Shown in pieces: positions 13,130 through 27,408 of a stretch of DNA of 64,000 bases. Origin of the DNA: Octopus vulgaris (lineage: Eukaryota); assembly GCA_951406725.2 (NCBI GenBank), contig OX597823.1, positions 106,330,001 through 106,394,000 on the forward strand, written 5' to 3'. The position numbers and the translations under genes were made by a program. The notes under the pieces are model-generated. The model ran no database searches, was not told the origin of the DNA, and saw only the letters and a list, made by a program, of their open reading frames with translations. Position 1 is the first letter of the stretch; each line of letters opens with the position of its first letter.

Positions 13130-13545
13130 ATACTCTGCATTCATCTGAAGCCCGACACCCCTGAGTTCGAAGGACTGGGGAAACAAGAAGAAGGGCAGGA
13201 CAAACGAGAGCAACGGAAAGTAAAACTTCAGGAACAAAAGTGACAAAAGTAGAAACAACGGACTCTGGAGTCTCAAACCAATAGACAAGCACACGGGACG
13301 AAACACGTGACACCAGAGCAGAAACGATAGCGGTTGGAATTTCATGCCCATAGAAACCCTCTTAAGAGAACAGGTGTTAAGAGAAGAACTTCAAAGTAAC
13401 GCAGCCAGAAATGCCCGCTCCAGGGAACAGGAAACATCAGAGCAACGACAAGTCATGTTGGAATTTAGACATTTCACTCGTGAAGAGTAGCGACTAGCAG
13501 CCTTTATGTACGATCTAACTCATGGGTATTGTTATAGATGCGTTA
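13130..13545 (+). pseudogene. Helitron Rep/Hel N-terminal fragment (STPR-like repeats)
   Basis: ..AARNARSREQETSEQRQVMLEFRHFTREE*RLAAFMYD.. resembles the ET.EQR..RL repeats followed by AF.YD in animal Helitron ORFs. Confidence 0.5.
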
Positions 13546-13719
13546 TGAATACATTTGAATATAGTACAGACCGGGACAAAGGCCGAGCAAAGGCTGGGAC
13601 TCAGCTAATATAACATAATATATTATAATATAATATAATATAATATAATATAATATAATATAATATAATATAATATAATATAATGCAATGCATACTATTT
13701 TCTTATGCTTTTAAGATTG

Positions 13720-13905
13720 CAAGCTAGCAGAATCGTCACAACGTCGAAAAAATGGATTGCAGTAGTTCTGGTTCTTATTGTTCTCAGTGCAATACCAGCG
13801 AGGACAATTTAGAGGTCTATCCCTCTAGAATATAATAAGATACCAATCAAATAGTGAAATCACTGATATCAACTAATCCCCTCCCCTTAAAAGCACTATC
13901 CTTGT
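13720..13905 (+). mobile_element. decayed Meta-domain-like SINE
   Basis: Head GCAAGCTAGCAGAATCGTC and tail ..CCCTCCCCTTAAAA..CCTTGTGC match the family. Confidence 0.55.
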
Positions 13906-14514
13906 GCATAAACCAGAAACAGTTATATCTTACATATCTTATGTATCGGGTGACGAGTGTAACCAACTGAAAGGTTTGTTGCTCCAATCATCAAGATCAA
14001 TGAATGTAATTATGTGTACTTTACGTACGAAAATACATACGTGTGCGCGTGTATTCGTGTTCCTTCTTATAACTCTCTTCACCCACTTTTCTTTCTTTCT
14101 GTATATACACATATCTGTGTATGCTATGTGTGAACTGAAGATGTGCTTGGATAGAAAAAGTCGAAGGCTGCTCGTGAGTCTGGTATCCACATCAGTTAAC
14201 ATGACTGGCAATGGAGCAAATTTCTACAGAAGATGTAGAAAATAAATATAAAATAATTTTGTGGGTTCATAAAATCCAAAATAATTTGAAAACCCAGGAC
14301 AAAAATTAATATAGAATTTTTTACAATATTTTATCAAAATAATACGTATATAGATTTAAAGCAGAATAAATATACACTTGATTATAAATGTCTTGAAACA
14401 ACATAATTAATTCATCTGTAGTAATATAAACCGTTCGATTCTTGGTAATTAAATCAGTAGCAACATGCGAGTGATTAACTGTTACTCCTTACGCAAATTT
14501 AGGTGTATACTCGT

Positions 14515-14554
14515 TTGCTGATGAAACCCCAGCACAGGTTAGAGACTAGTCCAG
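14515..14554 (+). ncRNA. degenerate type I hammerhead motif
   Basis: UUG-CUGAUGA-AACC..GGUU-A-GAGAC-UA-GUC-CAG. GAAA is changed to GAGA; stem III is the palindrome ACUAGU. Confidence 0.5.
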
Positions 14555-14735
14555 TTGATTCCTCTTTTTCAGTCTAAAAGGCTAAAGACACCTTACTTAA
14601 ATCAGTCTTTAATAAACAGTGTTGGGTGAACAACTATAGATTTATTTGTGTAGTGCATTTCAGCTACACGCATACATAGATAGACAGACAGACATACAAA
14701 TAGATAGATAGATAGATAGATAGATACATAGATAG

Positions 14736-14818
<83 letters not shown>

Positions 14819-15832
14819 GATATAGATATAGATATAGATATATATGTGTGTGTGTGTAGATAGATAGATAGATAGAAAGATAGACAGATAGATGGATAGA
14901 CATTTTTTCACATATAACTTGCTTTGGAAGACACTCCATTCACCTAACTCCCTCCCTTCACTGCAGATCTGTGACAACGGTTTCGGTTCCTTCCAACAGC
15001 GTCTCATTCCTTGTGATACTGAACATGGATGGTTTTTACCAGCGAATGTCTTTTTATCCATATTTTAGCAAGTTTTCTTCTTTTATCCATGCAACCAGCA
15101 CTCCAAACTCTGTCGCGACTAAATTCGCGGAGGAATTCTTCTTCAGAAATAACTTTCAGTTTTCTCAATGCCATGTTTCATGATGAAACCTTTCCTGTTT
15201 CTCTTCTTAGTTCAAGTTTCACCACACAAGAGCAGTCACGTAGAAGTGTTGAGCAAGTTGATACAATAAACTGCTATCTCCGTGGCGCATTAGCTGACTT
15301 ACATCCTCCATATTTTAGCATCTTATTTCATGTGCCGACACCACTTTTATCATCTGACGGCACCATCTAATTAAAATCAGAAAAAATTTTTGGAGTCAGA
15401 GCATACTAGAAAGTGAACGAGGTCACTTCCGTTGTACAAATATACACGGACACATTACACTCACGTACAAGCAATACAAGCTCATAGAAGCGTATGTGTA
15501 CCAATACAGAATAAATTTTGATAAAAATTTCCTTCTGCAAATTAACATAAAATAATTGCAGCAATCGAAGAAGGACTGTGCAGCGTCGATGCCTTTCTCA
15601 AACATATTTGCAACGAAAGGGAAATTATATTTGGTCAGGAATAGTTGCAGCGATAGCAGATTGATAAATTATAACTTCTTTCTGCGCTGGTTATAACACA
15701 CAGGCGCGGACGAACGCTTACGCAAAAAAAAAAAAAAATTATGCGTATATACATACGTGTGTGTCTGTATGTATTATGTATGTATGCATTTATGTATATA
15801 CATATATGTATTTATATTTGAACATGTGTATA

Positions 15833-15869
<37 letters not shown>

Positions 15870-16117
15870 GCATATACGTGTGTATGTACGTAGTTATAAT
15901 TATATGGATGCATATATCTATGTGTTAATAGATATAGGTGTGTATAAATATGCATACGAACGAAATTTTGTGCCATGTTTATCTTAATCTTATTTCCATC
16001 ACATCTGCCTATCCTCGAATTTGCTTAGCTTTTACTTCAATTCACATACGCACATATACACATATGTATATATACATACAAACATAATTGCATACACACA
16101 CATATACATAAATACAT

Positions 16118-16168
<51 letters not shown>

Positions 16169-16918
16169 ACATAATCCTTCATAGACTGATCAAGATGTAT
16201 ATATATACGTATATTTATACATATACATACATACCCACACACGCACATGCACAGACAGACTGACACGTGAATACACATTCATTTTTAAATCCGCGCACAC
16301 AAACCACTATAAGTACGTGCGTGCACGCGCGCGTGGATGTGTGTGCGCTTGTGTTTGTGTGTGAGTGTGTGTGCGCCTGTGTGTATATCTGTACATATAT
16401 ATTCGCAAACACACATGGATACAAACGTAAATAGATTTTCAAGTAACTACACCAAACATCCTTACACAATGGCTACCGCATTCTCTTACAATACAAATAC
16501 ACACATTCATTGACTCAGATACGTACATACATGCACACATACATACATACATACATACATACATACATACATACATACATACATACATACATACATACAT
16601 ACATACATACATACATACGTACATACATACATACATATATGTATACATACATATATACATACATGCATGCATACATACACACATATATTGTTTTGTTTCT
16701 TCTCACCTCCCATATTCGTGTTAATCTTGCTTTCTCAGCCCATAGCTCTACCTCTCTACCTACAAACCTACCCACCCACCTACATACCTACCTACCTGCC
16801 CACCTACCTTCCTACCTGCCCACCTACCTTCCTACCTGCCCACCTACCTACCTCGCACCTTTTCTTCTTGCATTATTTTGCTTACCATTGTCTGAATATC
16901 TATCTTCAAACTCTAAAT

Positions 16919-16993
<75 letters not shown>

Positions 16994-18070
16994 TTACTAC
17001 AACATTCGTTTCTTATCAAACCTTTATTTCTTTCTTCTCCCTTCATATGTCACCGCTGCTACGTCCGAAACCTCCCCCACACCACGTCCCTCATCACCAT
17101 GTCCAGTATCATCATCACCACTACTATCTCCCTCTCCTTCACCATCATCGTCATCATCATCATCATCTTCGTGTTTTAGATCCCTATACACCATCATTCT
17201 CTCCACTGGACTACTCGCTCAATTTACTCTTCTTCATCTTCAGCAAAAAAAAAAAATGTTTTTCCCTTCCCAATAATCTTTTTTTTTTTGTGGGGGTTTT
17301 GTTTTTCTATTTCGTTCAAAATATCGTCTTTTCTTACTTTCAATCCTTCTTTCTTTGTCTTTCATTTTCTTCCTTCTTTCTCTCACATTTTATTTCTATC
17401 TTTCTGAGTTTTTTTTTCTTTATCGTTTGCTATTTCTTTCTTATTATTTTTTTGTTTCATTTTTTTTCCACGTGAGAAAGTTCTGGAACATTGCGTTTAG
17501 CTTCCTACTGACAACACGCACGCTTACATATATACATAGCCACTTGCAAATACTTAGACATACATACATACATAAATACATGCATGCATACATACATACA
17601 TATAGACAAACAGACAGGCGTGGATACATAAATGCATACATGCGGAATATCACAGAGATATAAAATCTAACGAAGGCCATACATACACATATGTACACAT
17701 AACGTGCGGACATACACTTACTCATGAATTTCTCCCCCTTCCTTCTCCAAATCTCCATTTACGTCATTCGTCTTCTAATAACCGCCATTTTTGGTTTCAT
17801 TTTTCTCTCCCTTGACCACTCATTTCCCCCTCTCCCTTACCTTTCTGCACAATTTTTTCCTCCTTCATTTTTTCAAAAATCATTTGGCATTGTTGTCCAC
17901 TACTAGTCATCCGATTTTTGCCAGGCCTTTGCAACTGCTCTTCCCCTTTCTATTCCGTCTGCCTATCTATCTAATTATCTATTTTCTTTCCCCATTCCCT
18001 TCCTTGTCCACTCTCACTTTCTCCTTATGTATATATGCACATATTTGTGTGTATGTATGTATATATATGC

Positions 18071-18201
<131 letters not shown>

Positions 18202-18428
18202 CTGTGTGTGTATGTATATGTGAATATACGTATGTATGTATGTACGTAATTTCCTCCCCTTGTTTTTCTATTTCTTTTCCCTTTCATTTTGGATCCCCGT
18301 GTCTCCCTTGTAATCTCAAGTTCTTTCCCTTTGTAGCTATTTATATTTTCTTCCACTCTGTAATCCAACGAATTATCTGCACCTCTACACCTCTACACCA
18401 TCTTCGCTGTCCAAGCCTTCTCCCCCCC

Positions 18429-18472
<44 letters not shown>

Positions 18473-18509
18473 ATCTATCTCTTTACTTCTCTTTCTCTCT
18501 CTGTGTTTT

Positions 18510-18557
<48 letters not shown>

Positions 18558-18688
18558 CCTCTCTCGCTTGTTTTCCATGTATCTCTGTACTTAAGATATT
18601 CCTGTTTCTTTTCTATGTACATACACACACACACACACACACACATTCACATGCATATACATTCATATATATGATATACAAAACATAG

Positions 18689-18726
<38 letters not shown>

Positions 18727-19338
18727 TACATATATATATATACATATATATATATATGTATATATACACATATATATATACATATATATATATGCATATA
18801 TATACATACACATACGTACATATATACATGCATACATACATAAATACGTACATGCATACATACATACATGCATGCATGCATACATACATACATATGTACA
18901 TACATACATACATGCATACATACATACATACATACATGCATGCATACATACATACGTACATGCATACATACATACATACGTGCATACGTACATACATACA
19001 CGCATACACACATATATTAATGCTAATGTCATATCCATGTATGCCCAAACAGCACAGCATTGATCCACCTGTTTATCACACCAAATGACTTCGTTTTCCA
19101 ACACTTTTACTACCAATACAACCCCCACTCCTAACACAACCACCATTTTCTACCACTAACACCACCACTATTGCTACTAATTACACCAATCCAACTAACA
19201 CCACTACCACCACTGACTTCACGACTGACAACAACAGTACTACAACCCACCACTATCACTCACACCGCCTCGTAAAATAACGAGAATACTTTTTTCGTTT
19301 CCTCATTAATATTTCATCATCATCATCATCATCGTCAC

Positions 19339-19386
<48 letters not shown>

Positions 19387-19466
19387 AGTAGACATTGTCT
19401 CCGTCGTTGGTTTTCGCCTGTGCCATCGTCACCCTCGTAGTATTTAAAACATTTTTCTTGCTTTCC

Positions 19467-19545
<79 letters not shown>

Positions 19546-20546
19546 ATTATTATTATCATCATCATCATTATCATCATCATTCTTCTTATTATTATTATTG
19601 TTATTATCATTTTGTTTTTTGTCTTTCTTCGCTTTTCGTTATTTCATCTTCACCATCAGCTCCATCTTTATCTTCATCAACTTCATCTTTTCCAATGTCT
19701 TACTGGATGTCAACTGACATACACGCTCCCTCCACCACCACACCGCTATGTCCACCGTCCACCGTCCTGCCGCCTGCCCACATCACATACTCTTTAGCTA
19801 GCCTCGTTCCATTCCAACCATTTCATCTGATATCAATGCTAGTCGCCTTACTGTCCACTGCTGTCCTCTCTTGCCATAGATATTTTATCCCTAAACCTTT
19901 TAACATTCACATTCCTCTTGCTTCCATCGATTTTATTTCCACATTATTTTTCCCAGCCTCTTACATTGCTAATATACCTTTTTCCTCGCTCTTTATTCTT
20001 TCTTTTTTCTTATTCTATTTTCTCTCATTCCGAAAAACCTTTTATTTATTTATTTATTTTTTACTTTTTATATTTTGCTTTTTTGATGTTTTATTTCTTT
20101 TTCTTAGCTTCCACCATTGTTTCCTTCGGTAAATTTCCAAGACGCTGCTTTAGCCTACACATCTTAAACACATCTTTACACCTCTCCACAAAACCTATTT
20201 CGTCTTCCACTCTTCCTAAAATTCGTTACTAAAAATTCCTACCAAATGAATGAACCTCACAACATCAGTATTTTTTTTATCAATGGGCGGTTTGATATTT
20301 CAAAGACTTTATGAATAAAAATATATATTTTTTAACTTCATACAAATTCTTATATAGAATTTTAGTTAATGTCTTACAGAGAGAATGAAAGAAGGTGCAT
20401 AAAGAACCAACAGACTCCGTGAGGAATCTTCAATTCCCTCTTCTAATATTAGTGGTTTTATGCTTACCTGCTACCAAAATTTCAAAATATTAGAAATTTT
20501 GTGCCAATCTAGATATTATTACTATTACTATTACTATCATCATTCT

Positions 20547-20745
20547 TGAGGTAACAAACTAGCAGAATTGATTGGACATCAGACAAAGTGACTTATAGCA
20601 TTTCTTCTGACTCATTACATTTTAGCTTCAAATTCCACCGGGATCTAGGTTGCCGTTCATTTATCCTGGGTCAATAAAATGGAGTATCAGTCAAGTAGGG
20701 GAGCTGATGTAATCGAGTTTGTCTTCCAAACAAAATTTCAGGTCT
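20547..20745 (+). mobile_element. decayed Meta-domain-like SINE
   Basis: CTAGCAGAAT..TTCAAATTCCACCG..TTCATTTATCCTGGGTCAATAAAAT. Confidence 0.6.
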
Positions 20746-20935
20746 ATAGTAGGGAGAATAATGACAACAACGATGATGACGACGACGTCGACGATAATTA
20801 TTATTGTTATTATTAGGCGTTGGGCCTTTAGTAGAAAGGATGTTTTTTTCTTCTTTCAATTTTGTTTCAATTTCTTCCCGACACCTAGGGTAAAGAAACT
20901 CTCTGTATGCATTGGTAGGCCATTATTATTATTAC

Positions 20936-21001
<66 letters not shown>

Positions 21002-21071
21002 CATCATCATCATCATCATCATCATCATTATTATTATTTTTATTATTTTCATCATCATCATCATCATCATC

Positions 21072-21275
21072 AAGGCAACGAGTTGGCAGAATCGTCAGAA
21101 TGCCGGGCAAAATGCTTAGCGGTATTTCGTCCATCTTTACGTTGTGAGTTCAAATTCCGCCGATGTCGAATTTGCCAAACATCTTTGCGGGGTAAGTACC
21201 AGTTGAACACTGAGATCGATGTAATCGGCTCACACCCTCCCCACCAAATTGCTGCTCTTGTAGCAAAATTTTAAG
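21072..21275 (+). mobile_element. Meta-domain-like tRNA SINE
   Basis: GAGTTGGCAGAATCGTCAGAATGCCGGGCAAAATGCTTAGCGGTATTTCGTC..GAGTTCAAATTCCGCCG. Confidence 0.85.
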
Positions 21276-21406
21276 CCATTGTTATTATTCATGAAGGCCA
21301 ATGTTGACTTTGCCGATATTTGAACTCAGAACGTAAAGATCTAGAAGCAATGATACTTAGCATTTTCTCTGACGCGCTAATAATAATAATAATAATAATA
21401 ATGATG

Positions 21407-21533
<127 letters not shown>

Positions 21534-21539
21534 TAATAA

Positions 21540-21756
21540 TTTCTACTAAGGACACAAGCCCTGAATTGTTTTGGTGGGGGATACCAGTCGATTACATCGA
21601 CACCAGTGCGTAACTGGTACTTAATTTATCGACCCCAAAAGGATGAAATACAAAGTCGACCCCGGCGGCATTTCAGTTCGGAACGAAAAGACAGATGAAA
21701 TGACGCTAAGCATTTGGTCCGGCATGCTAATGATTCAGCCGGCTCGCACACTGCCT
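21540..21756 (-). mobile_element. Meta-domain-like tRNA SINE
   Basis: CCAGTGCGTAACTGGTACTTAATTTATCGACCCCAAAAGGATGAAA matches the copies at 43158 and 49284. A further fragment lies at 21290-21380. Confidence 0.85.
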
Positions 21757-21778
21757 TGATGACGATGATGATGCTGAT

Positions 21779-21810
<32 letters not shown>

Positions 21811-21964
21811 TGATGATGATGATGACGATGATGACGATGATGACGATGATGACGATGATGACGATGACAATGACGATGACGACGACGACGATGATGATGA
21901 TAATGATGACGACGATGACAATGGCGATGGTGGTGATGATGATGATGATGATGATGACGATGAC

Positions 21965-22008
<44 letters not shown>

Positions 22009-22015
22009 CGATGAC

Positions 22016-22111
<96 letters not shown>

Positions 22112-22112
22112 G

Positions 22113-22155
<43 letters not shown>

Positions 22156-22170
22156 GGATGATGATGACAA
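21757..22170. repeat. (GAT/GAC)n microsatellite
   Basis: Direct reading. Confidence 0.95.
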
Positions 22171-22179
22171 TAATTGTGG

Positions 22180-22340
22180 CGTGGAATTGGAAGCAGAAAC
22201 AATTCATTTAAATAATAGGTGTCTTGGGAATGCGAAAAAAAGATGGAGATAAATAGATAAACAAGCCCTAAGGACTTTCAATTCCTTCTCAACAATAACA
22301 AAGTGCAGCACTTCTTGGCACTGCACATATTATGTAGCAA
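22180..22340 (+). mobile_element. decayed Dong/R4-like C-terminal fragment
   Basis: IIGVLGMRKK..QSAALLGTAHIM is homologous to the tail of 5875-6262. Confidence 0.6.
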
Positions 22341-22542
22341 TACACGCAATGGTAATAAAAAAAGCACATGTGTTTTGTGTCTGTCAGAAATCCTTACATT
22401 GTGTGTTCGAATTCCATTGAGATCAACTTTACCTTTTGTCCCACCAGGTTCAATGAAATAACAACTGAAGTACTGGAGGTAGAGCGGGATTCAGCGAATT
22501 ATACTCCACCCACTGATATATGACGTTGTGATAATGCTAGTT

Positions 22543-22544
<2 letters not shown>

Positions 22545-22608
<64 letters not shown>

Positions 22609-22622
22609 TATTATTATTATTA

Positions 22623-22686
<64 letters not shown>

Positions 22687-22721
22687 TATTATTATTATCA
22701 TTATTATTATTATTATTGTTA

Positions 22722-22758
<37 letters not shown>

Positions 22759-22774
22759 CATTATTATTATTATT

Positions 22775-22809
<35 letters not shown>

Positions 22810-22820
22810 TATTATTAATA
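22545..22820. repeat. (ATT)n/(CAT)n microsatellite
   Basis: Direct reading. Confidence 0.95.
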
Positions 22821-24494
22821 TCATTTGTGTGACTATAGTCTTGATCTATGATTGTAAACCTTTCGACATAACGTGGCTGGTAAGAAAAGACTGAGCTTGG
22901 AGCCCCATTACTGTCCTTGTAGCACGGGATGCCATCCGATTCGTAACACTTTGACAGGTACTAAATGAGATTCTCCTAGCGCTAACCGATTCTTGGTAGT
23001 AGTCCTTTACAACTCTTCTTTTCGATCCTAGCAACGATTACAAGAATGCTTGTGTTGTCGATGCTTTTATCGACACTTTTAATTTTTCATGGGGGCATAT
23101 TTTACTCACATAATCGGGAATTTTCGATGGAACTCCGATCACATTCATTCGAGTTCGTTCGTTTGTTAGTTCGACAGACCGGCGCCATTCACATAAACTT
23201 TCATTATTTTTCTGGTTGTACATTAAAATGGATATAGGCATCTTACTGCAGTGCTATCATCTGAATTTTGTACATTGAATGTTCATATAGGTGTCAATTT
23301 CCTGCTTTTATCAAATTACACATTTCTCAATGATTCCATAATTTCAGGGAGACTTCTTATGTCCACAAAACATCGTGTTTGATAGTTATATTTAAAAATT
23401 GCTTTAGCTTCGTTCCTTACGATGTTGTAAATTCTTGATGGTCACTAGACTTGATCATATCTTCAGATTTATTCTGGTGTCCCATGTAAGGAATCAAATG
23501 AAGACATGGGCGAGGTTCTCATCAAAATTTGTTGAATCACTTAAAGTATATATTTCTGGTATTGCTTAATTGAGAGAAACTGATTCTAAAACAAAAATAA
23601 ATAAACAAATAAAACCTAGAATTTCCCTTTAGTTGGAATATTTAAAATCAAATGAGACCTTGTAGTTTGTTAAATCAGGTTTATTTGGTCCTTTACTCGC
23701 AACATGGGAACACGGTTTTAGTGATCAAAACTTTAAAGTAGGTTACATTTCTTATAAATATCCAAGCTAAATTATGCTGAGCGGTTAGCGATCGTCAACA
23801 CAGAACTTACGTAAGCCACTCTAGCTCACAACAACAATACGATAACCAGCTCTCGACCAATAAGAAAAGGAAGATAATCTCCGATGCATCAAACTATGCA
23901 ATTGTTAAATCTCTGAATGTTGACCCGGAGCAATTGTTTACCGAACCGATGGAATTATTCTCGATGAAAATTTAGAGCAAGCTAAATTATTAGAGGACTC
24001 TTCGAGACTTCCTTTAACAGCCGCTGTACAAACCATGCATTCACATACATTAAATCTCATCCGTAACAACACAACAGTCCAATCGGGTTAGGGATGGAAC
24101 CAAATGAGAAATTTTACAATTTCATTTATTTCAGTCCACGACGGCAGATTCATTGTGAAGAACTTTCAGTAATTCATTTACTCTAAGAAAAAATCTGTGA
24201 TAAAGCCCAAGTGCAGTGATGAGAAGAAAATTTTCTTTGATTATTACACAACAACTGAACCTGATAGATCTGTCAGATATAAACAGCCACCCCGTGGAAA
24301 CTTTACAAACAGCCAAATTATATGAAGTTATCTGAAGTCCACACAAAGTCGCTCTCTTCCTTCAGTATCATTCAAACGTCCAGGAACTTTAACCACAAAG
24401 TGTACTTCTGGGGGGATTGTATCCGGGCAAGAAATAAGTAAAGACACGTGACGTATATTTCTGAGAATGTTATGCATTGAATGCGAACTATTTT

Positions 24495-24850
24495 CTTTAT
24501 CTTACTTTTTACTCGTTTCACTTATTAAACTGCGGTCATGGTGAGGCACACCTTAAATTTTAGTTGAACGAATCGACTCCAGAGCAGTTTTTAAAGCCTG
24601 GTACTTATTTTATCGGTTCTTTTGCCAAATCGCTAAGTTACGGGGACGTAAATAAACCGGGGGACAAATACAGACACAAACACACGCACGTCTGTGCACG
24701 TATGACAAGCTTCTTTCAGTTTCTGTCCACGAAATCCACTCACAAATGCTTTGGTTGTCTCGTGATCTTAGAAGACATCTAAATGCCACACAGTGGGTCC
24801 GAACCCGAAGCCATTTGGTTGGGAAGCTAGTACGAGTCCAACCCATACCC
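24495..24850 (-). mobile_element. diverged copy of the 36320-type SINE
   Basis: TTTGCCAAATCGCTAAGTTACGGGGACGTAAA..CTTTCAGTTTCTGTCCACGAAATCCACTCACAA. Confidence 0.8.
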
Positions 24851-24889
24851 AGGCTCTGTAAACCATTCCTAATTTTTGTGTAATATCCT

Positions 24890-25458
24890 TAATCCATTAT
24901 ATTCAGGAATTCAAATATGGCGTAGCAGTCAACGTTTGATGGATGCAAATTTGAATTTTGCTAGTACTTTCCTTGTTGCCTAATGTATCCCAGTTCATCA
25001 TTTTGTATCTATCGCCAAGACAACCAGAGAGATTGTGACTTCCATCATATATTTTGAATCAAGTTCACTTTTTAGCGTCTTCCTTGTTAGATATTTTAAT
25101 TTAAAATCACACACTTTCATTTAGTTCTGTTGTATTTCTCCACCTTCAACCTCACTCTAATAATATTTCTTCTTTCTAGCTCATGTTTGATGTCAGTGTC
25201 AGTATTTATTAACTCTGAATGTTTCATTTAAAGTTGTGCTTGGCACATTCTCCAACCCAAAACCCCATATTGATTTTTGGATCTCTATAGTTTTTTTACG
25301 CTGTCCCACCAAACCAGTAAATATTTCCTCTAGAATTTAGGCATATACTTAATAGTACAAGAGATAAACAGAATAGAAGAGGTGTTATATCTGTTTACCC
25401 TGTGGCTATACATGGTTTGATCTGTTATTTTGCTTCATTGGTTTTTTCCCTTTGTTTC

Positions 25459-25491
<33 letters not shown>

Positions 25492-25559
25492 CATACATAC
25501 ATACATACATACGTACATACATACATACATACATACATACATACACACACACACATATA

Positions 25560-25598
<39 letters not shown>

Positions 25599-26100
25599 GT
25601 TTTGCTTTCTTTTTCAACTTCCCTTATTTTTCTTCAGTCGTATTCTATATCATTCCCGTTCATGATTCTCAACAATTATAGTTTTGTTATTTAATTCCAT
25701 GTGAAGAACTTTTGTTAAATTTCATGTAAAGATCATCTCGGAACTTTTTTTTTATTATTTTTTTAATTACAAGATTCTTTTCTCAAGACTATGCATTCTT
25801 CAATATTTTGGCTTTCACCTGTTGAGGTAATCTTTATTTCGTTCTTTTGAATACTTGTTCATCCTTAATCATAACACTCCAACACAACATTCCTATTTCC
25901 ATGGCTGATATTTTCATGTTTTTTGTTTTTCACTACGCACGTATTATTGCAGTATCGTTCCTCTTTCCGCTAATTTCCTGCTGTATTTTTTTAAATTTCA
26001 ACATTCATTCAGTTCTATGTTTTCCTCTAGATTCAAAGAATTCGACACCGACAGTTTTTGATATTACATACATTCTGACGTACATTACCTGTTCATACGC
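24890..26100 (-). mobile_element. heavily decayed Dong/R4-like RT region, interrupted by a microsatellite
   Basis: Minus-strand peptides MGFGLE (cf. I.M.FG..KC), TRKTLKSELDSK, ATRKVLAKFK and HPSNVD resemble the R4/Dong RT thumb. Many stops and frameshifts. Confidence 0.55.
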
Positions 26101-26845
26101 GTTACATCTACATTTATTTAGCGTGTAATTATCTCTAATGCGTGATTAGTTTGCTTCATAATGGCACAATGTTTTTAATGATATAGGATATCTTGCTGGT
26201 TTATGGTCTCTCTACAAACCGCATAAATTTTATCGATTCACATTTTGTTAAATTTCTCTTCAACATACTATCAAGTAGACCCTATTTCATTTGCATGACC
26301 TGAGAGTGATCTTCTTTCCCTATTCTTAATGCATTTGATAGGTGCTTCGTGATGTTTGTTCTTAGGATTCCGGAACTTCAGTGATGTTGTAATGTACTTT
26401 GTTTAGCGTCGTGGTTACTATTTGTTCTGTATGTCAGTACCTGAGATACCTATGTTATTATATTCATCTAGTTATTTATACACCTCTCTGAGTATGTAGT
26501 CTTGTTGTTTATATACTGTTTTTGCACAGTCCTATTCTTACATTATCCTTCTGATTATATACTACTGTTGGTGAATACTTTTGTTATAAAACCTCTTTAC
26601 TCTTTACTCTTTTACTTGTTTCAGTCATTTGACTGCGGCCATGCAGGAGCATTGCTTTTAATCGAGCAAATCGACCCCAGGACTTATTGTATCGGTCTCT
26701 TTTGCCGAACCGCTAAGTTACGGGGACGTAAACACACCAGCATCGGTTGTCAAGCGATGTTGGGGTGGCAAACACAGACACACAAACGCACACACGCACA
26801 CATACACACACACACACACACACACATACACAAACATATATATAC

Positions 26846-26876
<31 letters not shown>

Positions 26877-27079
26877 AGTATTATAAATAGATGAGTGTAT
26901 TTTACCTTGTTAACAATTAACACGGATAAATGAATGAATAGTTACCAGGGCAGCAAAAATCTCACAAGTAAAGATGTTGTAACTCCTTGTTTATAAAGGT
27001 TGAAACTTCGTATTTACGTTGAATATTTGAATAATATGAATAAAAAATGGAGTTAACGCAGGTTTAAACAAGTATTTTT

Positions 27080-27165
27080 ACTTTCTACATATGTTTCAAA
27101 ATTCCACTGATACTTATTCAAAAGAATAAAAGGTATAAACAATGCAATCTTCTCTTCGGGAAAGT
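27080..27165 (-). ncRNA. type I hammerhead ribozyme (U4C variant), left-arm copy
   Basis: Reverse complement of 27224-27310. Confidence 0.7.
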
Positions 27166-27223
27166 GAAAAAACGAAACTTGTCATTTTTAGCAAAATGTC
27201 GTATTGACAAGTTTCGTTTTTTC

Positions 27224-27310
27224 ACTTTCCCGAAGAGAAGATTGCATTGTTTATACCTTTTATTCTTTTGAATAAGTATCAGTGGAATTTTTGAAACATA
27301 TGTAGAAAGT
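27224..27310 (+). ncRNA. type I hammerhead ribozyme (U4C variant), right-arm copy
   Basis: ACUUUC-CCGAAGA-[GAAGAUUGCAUUG..CAGUGGAAUUUUU]-GAAAC-AUAU-GUA-GAAAGU. Confidence 0.7.
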
Positions 27311-27349
27311 AAAAATACTTGTTTAAGCCTGCGTTAACTCCATTTTTTA

Positions 27350-27408
<59 letters not shown>

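Larger units (their letters stand above)
26878..27356 (-). mobile_element. palindromic PLE-like element nested in the SINE's internal (TA)n
   Basis: Arms 27034-27184 and 27205-27356 (one substitution and one indel by eye), a 20-nt spacer, and a ~155-bp unpaired tail on the left. Confidence 0.75.

Noticed and set aside
16510-17475. 321-aa ORF with Thr and His runs
   Set aside because: Concatenated simple repeats.
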